A stretch of 64,000 nt of DNA from Dudresnaya verticillata. Its lineage: Eukaryota. The translations under genes were made by a program, and so were the position numbers. The notes beneath the pieces were generated by a model that was given only the letters and a program-made list of their open reading frames with translations, searched no databases and was not told where the DNA came from. Of the stretch, positions 1 through 12,027 are shown in pieces. Location: positions 2,418,001 to 2,482,000 of the forward strand of contig OZ374558.1 in the NCBI GenBank assembly GCA_977862235.1, in the 5' to 3' direction. Numbering within the stretch: position 1 is the stretch's first letter; each line of letters starts with the position of its first letter.

Positions 1-190
1 GGTACCTTCGTCTTCCCGTCGTCTTCCCGCCGTCGTCCCGTCGTCTTCCCGCCGTCGTCCCGTCGTCGTCCCGTCGTCGTCCCGTCGTCGTCCCTTCGTC
101 TTCCCGTCGTCTTCCCGCCGTCGTCCTGTCGTCGTCCCGTCGTCGTCCCGTCGTCGTCCCGTCGTCGTCCCGTCGTCGTCCCGTCGTCGC
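1..190. repeat. 11-bp minisatellite (CCCGTCGTCGT)n, partial at window start
   Basis: Direct 11-bp periodicity with TTC/GCC variants. Confidence 0.95.
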
Positions 191-259
191 TCCGGTAAGT
201 TTGCACAGGAAACGGAAGGCTCTACAGCGTGTTACAAGCATTCAAGGCGCAAATGGCGG

Positions 260-350
260 CGCAGCTGAGGGAACAGCTGACGGCGCAGCTAATGGTGCAG
301 CTGACGGCAGAGCTGACGACGCAGCTGACGACGCCAGCAGCTGACGGCGC
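260..350. repeat. 12-bp degenerate tandem repeat (GCAGCTGACGAC-like), present in every unit
   Basis: About 7 copies of the CAGCT(G/A)A core at mostly 12-bp spacing. Confidence 0.8.
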
Positions 351-2518
351 ACCGTTAATCGGCATGTCCGACTACATTTCTACGTCCGCTGGCTGGTTGC
401 ATCGAGCGACTGTAACAGAACCTGCACAAACGGAACTGTCATCGCTTTGCGCATCACGATCAATGCGTACAGCTCTAATTGCACGCTTCGTCGAACTGTG
501 AAGGCCGTGTTTACCATATGTGTATAATTGTTCAACGCAGATAAACGGAAGTAGAACGGATCCGTTTCCATTTTCTACTGCTGTTGGCGACCTAACACGA
601 GAAGCTTTGCTCGCAGCAACGCGTGCAACGCGAATGTGTTCATCCATGACGCTGACTGTCGCTGTGCCATGTTGCTACGGAAATGCCACCATTTTAGTCG
701 CCGCGCACTGCGCCAGTCGTCGCCAGTCAATCGCGCCGCAATCACACTACCGTCAAAGCATAGAAAGCAGAGAAAGCATAGTACCGTTGCGAGCCGCCTG
801 ACCAGTGCTCTTCACAGCAAGCGCTATCGCAGCCCCTTCTCGTTACCGACGCCCCCGACGCGTACGAACAATGCGCAAATCCGTTGCTGGCATGACACGT
901 TAAGTGACAACCATATGTGAACACAGTCGCTACTGACTGTTACTGGTGCGGCGTTAATCAGTGGTGTCCACTCCACGTAGAAAACACAAATGCGCGTCGC
1001 GTCGCACCGGCTCCGAAGCCGCGATAGCTGCGTATACTCCAGCCGCCGTCTTTGATGAAGAAACGTTCATAGCAGTGCCCTGGACAGGCTCTGTTCATCG
1101 GGTGTGTGTGTGTGGCTTGACGCCATTGTTACACAACAAGGTCAAAGAGAGTTTTGCGGACGCTGAACTCAGCGTCAAGGAGATGGCGTACAAATCGATA
1201 CTACAAGGTGAGACGACGAGCCGTGATGTTGGGGATGCACAGTCGGAGCGGTGCGAGAGGCAGTGCTGGTGGCAGACAATAGGCGGACTGAAGCTGAAAT
1301 GGGATTCTGGGCGTCTCCTGAATTGGGGAGAAGGATGGGTTCGATTGGCTACCGTATTTCAGGATTGCAGAGCCAATCAACACCGGCCAACACCGTACCG
1401 GCTGTTGTGCGAGCGCTTTTTGGACGGATTTCGGGCAGATAGAATTGATCCGCCGGCGGATTCTGGGAACTGCGCTGAGGGTGATGCCACCCCGAAGAGC
1501 ATGTGTCCGCGCATGCATTACGCTCGCTGAGACCCCAGCAGCCGCTCCGCGCCGCCGCCCTGCCGGGTACGCAACGTGGATCACAAAACCAGTGGCCGCG
1601 CGCTAGTGCACGCCATGACGCAGCAGTTGGTCTAAGCGCTGCGCCGTCGATACTTCACCGGGATTGCGAGCAGACCGTTGGGACTGGTGAGGGGAGCTCC
1701 ATGGGGAGCTCCATGGCCGAGGCAAAACGTGAAGTTCCATAAAACATGTGCTGTTCGTCGTTGGCGCCATTGCAACGGGGCGCGGCAAGATACTGAAGTC
1801 GGCGGTCGGCTGGAGGGGAAGCGGCGGCCTGGCGCAGAGACTGAGAGAGATGGGCCTTTATCGGATGTGGTCAAAATACTGTCGAGACAGATCCCGAGAA
1901 CTTGCAAGCGCCCTGACGGTGGTCTGGGCGGTCCAAGCGAACGCCCTGCGAAGACTAGATTTTGAGTGCGATGAGTTGCGGAGATGTAGGACTGATTCCC
2001 TAAATATTTCGTGAAGCATGAACGGTGCTGATAATACGGGGCGGGACTGCGGCAGCAGGACTCTTCGTGTTCAGTGCTAGAAGACATGTTCTACTTGGGT
2101 ATTGGAGAGAATGAATTTCAGTACTGGGTGTTGTTGTTGCGGGAGGGGAATTTCGATGAGATCATTAGGTGATGCTGCCTGCTCTATTCAGGTCTGGAGC
2201 TCAGAAGAATGGACGCAGATCTGGGAAAGGCTGACTAGGCGCGCATGGGTTGGCGGGTTTGGTGCGATGATCTGTTGGAGTCGGCAGCATTCAGGCGTGG
2301 GGCTTGTTTGACAGGGACGCAGTGGAGGGGCTATCGCAACACATGGGCTCTGTGGCCGGGCATGTCTACGGATTGGAAGGGTGCTCTATTTGGACGAGGC
2401 GATGGGAAGGCGCAATTATGAAAGCGTGCGAAGCTCTTCATGGCCATACCTGTTGATATTGAGTCGGCGTGGAAGAGCGCACGAGCTGGGGCATCTGAAG
2501 GACCGAGTTGTAGCAGAC

Positions 2519-2624
2519 GGCTATTCGGGAGACGCAGAAAAAGAGGACATCTCGCCTAGACGATGCGGATGTTCCAGCCTACCTCGGGCTTCACATGTCC
2601 TAAGTGTTGGGAAGGCGCATGTTG
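2519..2624 (+). repeat. ~105-bp diverged direct repeat, partner at 5518-5627 (within each unit)
   Basis: GGCTATTCGGGAGA...TCGCCTAGACGATGCG(G/A)ATGT(T/G)CCAGCCTACCTCGGGCTTCACATG(T/C)CCTAAGTGTTGGG(A/C)AGGCGCATGTTGT, with 4 mismatches over the last ~73 bp. Confidence 0.9.
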
Positions 2625-2787
2625 TGAAGATCGGATTGGAGACATGCCAGTTGAACATGAACGAGAACTGGGTAGTTTCGAGGGTCATTCCAGGTGAGTC
2701 TCTTGCATTTGGGAGTGCTTCAGCTTTCGGTGTCATTTTCGCTGACAGGAATCTGAATTTGAGGTAGTGCAAAACCTTCTTGGGTTT

Positions 2788-2808
2788 GGGGGGGAGGGGG
2801 GGGGGGGG
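2788..2808 (+). repeat. Variable poly-G tract (also 9609-9633, 16838-16869, 24074-24092, 59142-59175); possible polypurine tract before an LTR starting TGTGACG
   Basis: G7AG13, G7AG17, G7AG24, G19 and G34 in successive copies, always followed by TGTGACGTG. The PPT interpretation is inference. Confidence 0.75.
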
Positions 2809-3566
2809 TGTGACGTGAAAGGATTGTAGCCCCTTCAATCCCGGTGGGGGATATATCAATATATATCAGATATCACCTAGATATCTCGTTGCGGATTGAT
2901 GCCGGAGTGTTTGCCCTGCCAGTCGAAAAACTGTGGAACTTGCGCGGCCGCGGTGGCGACTTGCGCAGCCTTCTCAATTTCTGGACCGCGTGATTCCCTG
3001 CCTGTGCTCTGGTGAAAACTTTCTTAACGTCTCCTCGCTGTCTACACCACTGGCCCAACCGCCTTCTCGCTGCGTGGACCTCTATCTCCCGATCTACATC
3101 CTTACTTCCTCAATCCTTCGAGCTTTTCAGACGGCGACAAAAAGAGCACGTGCTCTTGAATCGTGCGATAAGCACTAGTAGTAGTACACTTTATTCAAAG
3201 AAGAAAGCTGGAGTCCCTTTGGGGGCTTAATTTCTGGCATAACGTGCTCTGCAGTCAGCGAGCCTGCGGAGATTGACCGCGACCGCTACGTATTGAAGAA
3301 CAACAGTGGTCAACAGAGCGTGTTCATCTCCTTTATGCAACGTAAACGCAAAGGCACTTTATCAACTAAGATGCTATCGGTGATTCACTCACAACATACA
3401 ACGACAGTGGGAAGAAATTCTATCGCTTCGTAAACTTTAAAGTCCAGAACGTATGGCGGGCATTCGGAACAGGAATGATAAGTAAAGGATTCCTGACGAG
3501 GACGCTGCGTCTCTCCGTTATCAACAATCTGCACCTGCGCCACGAAACACAATACACCGCCAGCTA

Positions 3567-4805
3567 CTAGCCCGCATTGTTATTAATCGCTGCGGTCCCG
3601 GGGGCTCTTTTGTCGGCTGGTCCGTTATAGGGTTTGTATCTGTGTTTCCTATGGTGATGCTTCTTCAATACAGAAGCCCTGGTGGTGACCAATGAACAGC
3701 ATGGGCAACCAAACCTGCGATGCTTCTTGTGGATGCTTTCAAAATGGCGCTTCATATCACCCCTGGTTCCGAATGTAGCCCTGCACGGAATGTAGGCACA
3801 CGGGAAACGCTTGGTGTGTTCGTCTCTCTGGATAGATTCGGGTATACGAAAAAGGTCCTCCGCGTTTTCCGTGGCGGTGAGATCACGGGAATCGTTTGAT
3901 TTGGGACGAGAATGCAACTCATATTGGCCCAGGTCCGTCATGGGAGCCTTCGGATCTTCAGGGCTACTGATCTGACTAGAACGAGAGTCAGATGTGCTCA
4001 AGTTCTTCTCTCGTATCTTCTCCATTGGAGTTTCGGATGGCGCAACGAAGGGGCATCTTGATGAACCGGGCTCGTGTGGGATGTTGAATAGCGGGTTTGG
4101 CTTCCAGGCCCTGTTGTCAAAGGAACCCTCGCTTCGGCATTTGACGAGTGTTGAAAGCTTGGCAATACTGTACGGTTCCGGCTCCATAGTAGGAAGTTGT
4201 AGCATATGCGAGCCCAATGCACTCCGTTGCGTATGTGCATGTCTCTGCAACGTCGAAATCGGGACAGTGTCGAAGTTGCCATGCACCCACCCCACCGGAC
4301 ACGTCTGACAGTGCAAAAAGGGCAGCAAATGGCTTTCACCATTGCCGCAGATATGTGGCTTCGGGCCTGTCGGTTGCATACGGCACAAGGTTGATCTCTT
4401 TCCGCCGATTGATGGAATCATCACTCCAGGTGACGGAGAATGTGGTGAAATCGGGTGTGATGCAGCAATAGTTCGCCGTTCCACTTGATTCGGAGTGAAG
4501 GGCGATACAATAGACGTGTGAGGTGCGGAAATTGGACGAAGTATCGGCATTCCCTGAAACAGGAGCGGTGCTGCCTGTTCCATGGGGTTGATATTACTCT
4601 GCCCAGATCCTAGCGGTGAGTAATTAAAGACAGAAGGCACAACAGTCTGGAGCGGAGCCGGGTGATATGACCCAACAGAAACGAGAGCCGAGTAGGACGG
4701 TAGCCGAGCCACTGAAAGACCTTGTCGAATGGAGAGTGGCGTGGGATCCGGGGGTGCGCCGTACGCCCAGTCTATCTGAGAATTGAGTTGTGTCTGCGGG
4801 TGCAT
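3567..4805 (-). CDS. C2H2 zinc-finger protein, 412 aa (copy 1); Pro/Ser-rich N-terminus, two C-terminal fingers
   Basis: FPCAYIPCRATFGTRGDMKRHFESIH (C336-x4-C341-x12-H354-x4-H359) and FGCPCCSLVTTRASVLKKHHHRKH (C367-x2-C370-x12-H383-x4-H388). ATG start; longest ORF in the unit. An extra 5' exon cannot be excluded. Confidence 0.85.
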   Translation of the reverse strand: MHPQTQLNSQIDWAYGAPPDPTPLSIRQGLSVARLPSYSALVSVGSYHPAPLQTVVPSVFNYSPLGSGQSNINPMEQAAPLLFQGMPILRPISAPHTSIVSPFTPNQVERRTIAASHPISPHSPSPGVMIPSIGGKRSTLCRMQPTGPKPHICGNGESHLLPFLHCQTCPVGWVHGNFDTVPISTLQRHAHTQRSALGSHMLQLPTMEPEPYSIAKLSTLVKCRSEGSFDNRAWKPNPLFNIPHEPGSSRCPFVAPSETPMEKIREKNLSTSDSRSSQISSPEDPKAPMTDLGQYELHSRPKSNDSRDLTATENAEDLFRIPESIQRDEHTKRFPCAYIPCRATFGTRGDMKRHFESIHKKHRRFGCPCCSLVTTRASVLKKHHHRKHRYKPYNGPADKRAPGTAAINNNAG

Positions 4806-6773
4806 CGCGGGCCCTTATGCAGTCCTGAGAACAATCTGTGGGAGTCCCCGGGAGCAGTTGCACTTGAATGCGGAAGTATGTACGAAACGCTTAGCTGTGA
4901 TGGCCTCTCAATTCCGTCGTAGACGAGGTTGAACGAAGCTTGCTCTGCGAAACAAATATGTACCGGTGATCCCAATAAGGCACCGCCTGGTTGTGATGCG
5001 GCAGCATCAGAGATCGCGCCACCGTCAAGAGCGGGTGTCGTCGGTGGGCCGAGTTTCCCCTCTTCCACGCGAATGGATAGTCTGGCCCGTACGCATGTGA
5101 CAAGTGGAATCGGCCAGCCAATGACATTGCTTCGTGCTTTACGCCCAATATCATTCTGTAATTGGCATAAAGGACCGTTGTGGGCGGAGAGTGAGAGAGG
5201 TTACTCCGCCCGGAAGCGGAGGTGAATCTGCTTCGTGTTTACGACGCATTCTCTACGTCCTTCTGCCGCTCTCGTAAGGGTAACCGTATCGCATCCTCTC
5301 AGGCTGTACTTTGCGGGCGTTTGGCCGCCCGGTCCGCTATTTCCGACAGCCTCAGGTACCTACCGCACTGTCAGTACCGCGTGCTGGTGGCAGTGAGAAT
5401 ACTATTTTCTTTCAGTCCAGAAACGTTTGCTACATTCCGGCTGCTCCGCTATCTACAGATGGCTGCTGATTTCGTGCCATGGCCTTCCGAAACAGCCCTT
5501 CTGTTCAACACCTTCTCGGCTATTCGGGAGAGGTAGAATAAGAAGGGGTCATTTCGCCTAGACGATGCGAATGTGCCAGCCTACCTCGGGCTTCACATGC
5601 CCTAAGTGTTGGGCAGGCGCATGTTGTAAAGCGGTGGTTGTAGTTGTAGCACCGGGGAGCGTTTTGAGATTCTGGGGAGCGCATAAATGTGCAAAAACGA
5701 GCCCTTTTTGGGTGGCAACTTCCGACACGTGTAGTTTTCCCTTAGATCGCCTCCAGTAGGGCACTCCTCGGCGGGGGGTGTTTCTGGTTATTTGATAAGT
5801 CAACTGCCTCGTTCTTTGGAGAGGAAGGTAATGTGGCCCGTCTTTTGAGTAACCTGTAGATAACCATCACAAAACGAGAATATGGGCTTAAAACAAGCAG
5901 AAAATCAAAACAAACTTGACGTATGTTGGGTCAACGTACTCCACACTCTCAAACTGTCGAAGCGACGCTCTAGTCACCCGAACCCGCCCCAACTCGCGCG
6001 ATCTGCCCCAGCTCGCACGATTGACCTATGTCAAGCGGGAGGCGGGATGAGCGCGTGGGCACCAGCAGCGCGGCGACAACCGCGGCAGCCATGGAGTCAC
6101 CATCGTTGTGCGGGAAGCTTTTCGACAAGTGGCGTCTACGCTGCCTCGCAGACTCGAGCATGCATAAATCAGGATGCATTGAAAGCGATGCGCACGAGGT
6201 GGGCAGTATCAAGACAGAACAGGCACTACAGACAGCTCAGTTGAGATCAAGTGGAGCGCGGTGCAATGTTGAAGCAGCTGGCCATAATCCATAAAGTGCA
6301 GGCCACACAGACCGTATGTTGGAGCAACACAATCAAGTAACAGCACGTGAAGAGCAGTTGTGCCATTGTAGCGGTAGTGTCTGCGAGGCACGGCAGAGCA
6401 GGAGTTCTTTCATAGCTGCTTTGCCAGGGCCGGCACATGCACAAACGGAGGGGAAGGATGGCGCTACTGCGGAAAAGTTCTCTGCGAGAGTGCGGAACCG
6501 GTACAGTACGCAAAGGGACAGAACTCTGGGATCCATGGTGCTCAGATACATAGTGCGAAGCGCTGAGGATACATCGAAGAAGCGGAAGGGATCGGTGTGG
6601 CAGTGCGCGCGAGCGATCGCGTACAAGAGGCAACGAGCTCGCCGGGACGCCCGACAATTCTGGAAAAGCCGGATGCAAGCCAGCTGCGAGTCCGGTGGTG
6701 TAAGGGGATTCTAAGTTACTACGGGATTGCTTCAGTTCTTGCACACAGTGGCACATCAACGCTTTGAGTATCT

Positions 6774-7018
6774 GGTACCGGCGCCGTACCGTCGTGTTCC
6801 CGTCATTGTCCCGTCATGGTACCGCCATGGTACCTTCGTCTTCCCGTCGTCTTCCCGCCGTCGTCCCGTCGTCTTCCCGCCGTCGTCCCGTCGTCGTCCC
6901 GTTGTCGTCCCGTCGTCGTCCCTTCGTCTTCCCGTCGTCTTCCCGCCGTCGTCCTGTCGTCGTCCCGTCGTCGTCCCGTCGTCGTCCCGTCGTCGTCCCG
7001 TCGTCGTCCCGTCGTCGC
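6774..7018. repeat. 11-bp minisatellite (CCCGTCGTCGT)n; other copies at 13996-14240, 21232-21476, 28455-28622, 56289-56544, 63538-63793
   Basis: Degenerate units (CCGTCATGGTA, CCGCCATGGTA) grade into perfect CCCGTCGTCGT units. The copy at 28455 is 77 bp (7 units) shorter; copies at 56289 and 63538 are 11 bp longer. Confidence 0.95.
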
Positions 7019-10000
7019 TCCGGTAAGTTTGCACAGGAAACGGAAGGCTCTACAGCGTGTTACAAGCATTCAAGGCGCAAATGGCGGCGCAGCTGAGGGA
7101 ACAGCTGACGGCGCAGCTAATGGTGCAGCTGACGGCAGAGCTGACGACGCAGCTGACGACGCCAGCAGCTGACGGCGCACCGTTAATCGGCATGTCCGAC
7201 TACATTTCTACGTCCGCTGGCTGGTTGCATCGAGCGACTGTAACAGAACCTGCACAAACGGAACTGTCATCGCTTTGCGCATCACGATCAATGCGTACAG
7301 CTCTAATTGCACGCTTCGTCGAACTGTGAAGGCCGTGTTTACCATATGTGTATAATTGTTCAACGCAGATAAACGGAAGTAGAACGGATCCGTTTCCATT
7401 TTCTACTGCTGTTGGCGACCTAACACGAGAAGCTTTGCTCGCAGCAACGCGTGCAACGCGAATGTGTTCATCCATGACGCTGACTGTCGCTGTGCCATGT
7501 TGCTACGGAAATGCCACCATTTTAGTCGCCGCGCACTGCGCCAGTCGTCGCCAGTCAATCGCGCCGCAATCACACTACCGTCAAAGCATAGAAAGCAGAG
7601 AAAGCATAGTACCGTTGCGAGCCGCCTGACCAGTGCTCTTCACAGCAAGCGCTATCGCAGCCCCTTCTCGTTACCGACGCCCCCGACGCGTACGAACAAT
7701 GCGCAAATCCGTTGCTGGCATGACACGTTAAGTGACAACCATATGTGAACACAGTCGCTACTGACTGTTACTGGTGCGGCGTTAATCAGTGGTGTCCACT
7801 CCACGTAGAAAACACAAATGCGCGTCGCGTCGCACCGGCTCCGAAGCCGCGATAGCTGCGTATACTCCAGCCGCCGTCTTTGATGAAGAAACGTTCATAG
7901 CAGTGCCCTGGACAGGCTCTGTTCATCGGGTGTGTGTGTGTGGCTTGACGCCATTGTTACACAACAAGGTCAAAGAGAGTTTTGCGGACGCTGAACTCAG
8001 CGTCAAGGAGATGGCGTACAAATCGATACTACAAGGTGAGACGACGAGCCGTGATGTTGGGGATGCACAGTCGGAGCGGTGCGAGAGGCAGTGCTGGTGG
8101 CAGGCGGACTGAAGCTGAAATGGGATTCTGGGCGTCTCCTGAATTGGGGAGAAGGATGGGTTCGATTGGCTACCGTATTTCAGGATTGCAGAGCCAATCA
8201 ACACCGGCCAACACCGTACCGGCTGTTGTGCGAGCGCTTTTTGGACGGATTTCGGGCAGATAGAATTGATCCGCCGGCGGATTCTGGGAACTGCGCTGAG
8301 GGTGATGCCACCCCGAAGAGCATGTGTCCGCGCATGCATTACGCTCGCTGAGACCCCAGCAGCCGCTCCGCGCCGCCGCCCTGCCGGGTACGCAACGTGG
8401 ATCACAAAACCAGTGGCCGCGCGCTAGTGCACGCCATGACGCAGCAGTTGGTCTAAGCGCTGCGCCGTCGATACTTCACCGGGATTGCGAGCAGACCGTT
8501 GGGACTGGTGAGGGGAGCTCCATGGGGAGCTCCATGGCCGAGGCAAAACGTGAAGTTCCATAAAACATGTGCTGTTCGTCGTTGGCGCCATTGCAACGGG
8601 GCGCGGCAAGATACTGAAGTCGGCGGTCGGCTGGAGGGGAAGCGGCGGCCTGGCGCAGAGACTGAGAGAGATGGGCCTTTATCGGATGTGGTCAAAATAC
8701 TGTCGAGACAGATCCCGAGAACTTGCAAGCGCCCTGACGGTGGTCTGGGCGGTCCAAGCGAACGCCCTGCGAAGACTAGATTTTGAGTGCGATGAGTTGC
8801 GGAGATGTAGGACTGATTCCCTAAATATTTCGTGAAGCATGAACGGTGCTGATAATACGGGGCGGGACTGCGGCAGCAGGACTCTTCGTGTTCAGTGCTA
8901 GAAGACATGTTCTACTTGGGTATTGGAGAGAATGAATTTCAGTACTGGGTGTTGTTGTTGCGGGAGGGGAATTTCGATGAGATCATTAGGTGATGCTGCC
9001 TGCTCTATTCAGGTCTGGAGCTCAGAAGAATGGACGCAGATCTGGGAAAGGCTGACTAGGCGCGCATGGGTTGGCGGGTTTGGTGCGATGATCTGTTGGA
9101 GTCGGCAGCATTCAGGCGTGGGGCTTGTTTGACAGGGACGCAGTGGAGGGGCTATCGCAACACATGGGCTCTGTGGCCGGGCATGTCTACGGATTGGAAG
9201 GGTGCTCTATTTGGACGAGGCGATGGGAAGGCGCAATTATGAAAGCGTGCGAAGCTCTTCATGGCCATACCTGTTGATATTGAGTCGGCGTGGAAGAGCG
9301 CACGAGCTGGGGCATCTGAAGGACCGAGTTGTAGCAGACGGCTATTCGGGAGACGCAGAAAAAGAGGACATCTCGCCTAGACGATGCGGATGTTCCAGCC
9401 TACCTCGGGCTTCACATGTCCTAAGTGTTGGGAAGGCGCATGTTGTGAAGATCGGATTGGAGACATGCCAGTTGAACATGAACGAGAACTGGGTAGTTTC
9501 GAGGGTCATTCCAGGTGAGTCTCTTGCATTTGGGAGTGCTTCAGCTTTCGGTGTCATTTTCGCTGACAGGAATCTGAATTTGAGGTAGTGCAAAACCTTC
9601 TTGGGTTTGGGGGGGAGGGGGGGGGGGGGGGGGTGTGACGTGAAAGGATTGTAGCCCCTTCAATCCCGGTGGGGGATATATCAATATATATCAGATATCA
9701 CCTAGATATCTCGTTGCGGATTGATGCCGGAGTGTTTGCCCTGCCAGTCGAAAAACTGTGGAACTTGCGCGGCCGCGGTGGCGACTTGGTAAGATCACAG
9801 CACATTTACGGATAGACCAGGTCATTCCGTTGCGTTGAGCCCAGTCTTGGCAAACTTGGAGGGCAGTACGGAGAGTATGGGCCGAGTTGACGTGTCAGAT
9901 GCAGTCATCAGCGAATAGTCGCCCGGGTGTGGGGGAAGGCGGGGGCCAGCAGGCCTCATTCTCATCGCCGATTGGCCATGCGCAATTTGATCCCAGATAT

Positions 10001-10788
10001 TTCGTACAGAGCGCGGAGCGACGCTGAGCGGCAATCGCACCTGCCACCTCCATCCTGGCCGTGATCCCTCCTCAGCCCACAAGTCCCTCTACCACCTTCG
10101 TCGACCTCATGTTCTCGTCCGAGTCGCGCCAGCGCCCACCACGGCCGTGATCTACACGGTAGCCTCGTGGCCTCTCTTCGCCGCGCGCAGCCTTCTCAAT
10201 TTCTGGACCGCGTGATTCCCTGCCTGTGCTCTGGTGAAAACTTTCTTAACGTCTCCTCGCTGTCTACACCACTGGCCCAACCGCCTTCTCGCTGCGTGGA
10301 CCTCTATCTCCCGATCTACATCCTTACTTCCTCAATCCTTCGAGCTTTTCAGACGGCGACAAAAAGAGCACGTGCTCTTGAATCGTGCGATAAGCACTAG
10401 TAGTAGTACACTTTATTCAAAGAAGAAAGCTGGAGTCCCTTTGGGGGCTTAATTTCTGGCATAACGTGCTCTGCAGTCAGCGAGCCTGCGGAGATTGACC
10501 GCGACCGCTACGTATTGAAGAACAACAGTGGTCAACAGAGCGTGTTCATCTCCTTTATGCAACGTAAACGCAAAGGCACTTTATCAACTAAGATGCTATC
10601 GGTGATTCACTCACAACATACAACGACAGTGGGAAGAAATTCTATCGCTTCGTAAACTTTAAAGTCCAGAACGTATGGCGGGCATTCGGAACAGGAATGA
10701 TAAGTAAAGGATTCCTGACGAGGACGCTGCGTCTCTCCGTTATCAACAATCTGCACCTGCGCCACGAAACACAATACACCGCCAGCTA

Positions 10789-12027
10789 CTAGCCCGCATT
10801 GTTATTAATCGCTGCGGTCCCGGGGGCTCTTTTGTCGGCTGGTCCGTTATAGGGTTTGTATCTGTGTTTCCTATGGTGATGCTTCTTCAATACAGAAGCC
10901 CTGGTGGTGACCAATGAACAGCATGGGCAACCAAACCTGCGATGCTTCTTGTGGATGCTTTCAAAATGGCGCTTCATATCACCCCTGGTTCCGAATGTAG
11001 CCCTGCACGGAATGTAGGCACACGGGAAACGCTTGGTGTGTTCGTCTCTCTGGATAGATTCGGGTATACGAAAAAGGTCCTCCGCGTTTTCCGTGGCGGT
11101 GAGATCACGGGAATCGTTTGATTTGGGACGAGAATGCAACTCATATTGGCCCAGGTCCGTCATGGGAGCCTTCGGATCTTCAGGGCTACTGATCTGACTA
11201 GAACGAGAGTCAGATGTGCTCAAGTTCTTCTCTCGTATCTTCTCCATTGGAGTTTCGGATGGCGCAACGAAGGGGCATCTTGATGAACCGGGCTCGTGTG
11301 GGATGTTGAATAGCGGGTTTGGCTTCCAGGCCCTGTTGTCAAAGGAACCCTCGCTTCGGCATTTGACGAGTGTTGAAAGCTTGGCAATACTGTACGGTTC
11401 CGGCTCCATAGTAGGAAGTTGTAGCATATGCGAGCCCAATGCACTCCGTTGCGTATGTGCATGTCTCTGCAACGTCGAAATCGGGACAGTGTCGAAGTTG
11501 CCATGCACCCACCCCACCGGACACGTCTGACAGTGCAAAAAGGGCAGCAAATGGCTTTCACCATTGCCGCAGATATGTGGCTTCGGGCCTGTCGGTTGCA
11601 TACGGCACAAGGTTGATCTCTTTCCGCCGATTGATGGAATCATCACTCCAGGTGACGGAGAATGTGGTGAAATCGGGTGTGATGCAGCAATAGTTCGCCG
11701 TTCCACTTGATTCGGAGTGAAGGGCGATACAATAGACGTGTGAGGTGCGGAAATTGGACGAAGTATCGGCATTCCCTGAAACAGGAGCGGTGCTGCCTGT
11801 TCCATGGGGTTGATATTACTCTGCCCAGATCCTAGCGGTGAGTAATTAAAGACAGAAGGCACAACAGTCTGGAGCGGAGCCGGGTGATATGACCCAACAG
11901 AAACGAGAGCCGAGTAGGACGGTAGCCGAGCCACTGAAAGACCTTGTCGAATGGAGAGTGGCGTGGGATCCGGGGGTGCGCCGTACGCCCAGTCTATCTG
12001 AGAATTGAGTTGTGTCTGCGGGTGCAT
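10789..12027 (-). CDS. C2H2 zinc-finger protein, copy 2
   Basis: Translation identical to 3567..4805. Confidence 0.85.
   Translation of the reverse strand: MHPQTQLNSQIDWAYGAPPDPTPLSIRQGLSVARLPSYSALVSVGSYHPAPLQTVVPSVFNYSPLGSGQSNINPMEQAAPLLFQGMPILRPISAPHTSIVSPFTPNQVERRTIAASHPISPHSPSPGVMIPSIGGKRSTLCRMQPTGPKPHICGNGESHLLPFLHCQTCPVGWVHGNFDTVPISTLQRHAHTQRSALGSHMLQLPTMEPEPYSIAKLSTLVKCRSEGSFDNRAWKPNPLFNIPHEPGSSRCPFVAPSETPMEKIREKNLSTSDSRSSQISSPEDPKAPMTDLGQYELHSRPKSNDSRDLTATENAEDLFRIPESIQRDEHTKRFPCAYIPCRATFGTRGDMKRHFESIHKKHRRFGCPCCSLVTTRASVLKKHHHRKHRYKPYNGPADKRAPGTAAINNNAG

Noticed and set aside
1201..1584. THALRGG resembling a tyrosine-recombinase HxLRxG motif
   Set aside because: No upstream catalytic Arg box and no downstream G-W/H and Tyr at the expected spacing.
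4772..5200. Upstream open frame as an additional ZnF exon
   Set aside because: It is in a different frame, has no ATG and shows no convincing splice pair. It cannot be supported without RNA data.
5505..5540. CCTTCTCGGC resembling the U2 snRNA 5' end; the unit was also scanned by eye for 5S, tRNA and rRNA
   Set aside because: It lacks the GTGTAGTA branch-pairing sequence and stem I. No RNA gene was recognisable in the unit.
6028..6714. Possible decayed Mutator/FAR1-like transposase N-terminus
   Set aside because: Only vague Cys/His spacing; no DDE core or terminal inverted repeats are recognisable.
6774..7018. CRISPR-like array
   Set aside because: Contiguous 11-mers with no unique spacers, no cas genes, and a eukaryotic context.
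6727..7172. Overlapping Arg/Ser/Pro- or Arg/Asp/Thr-repeat ORFs in nearly all frames
   Set aside because: These arise from the stop-free 11-bp minisatellite, and their frames change with repeat copy number.
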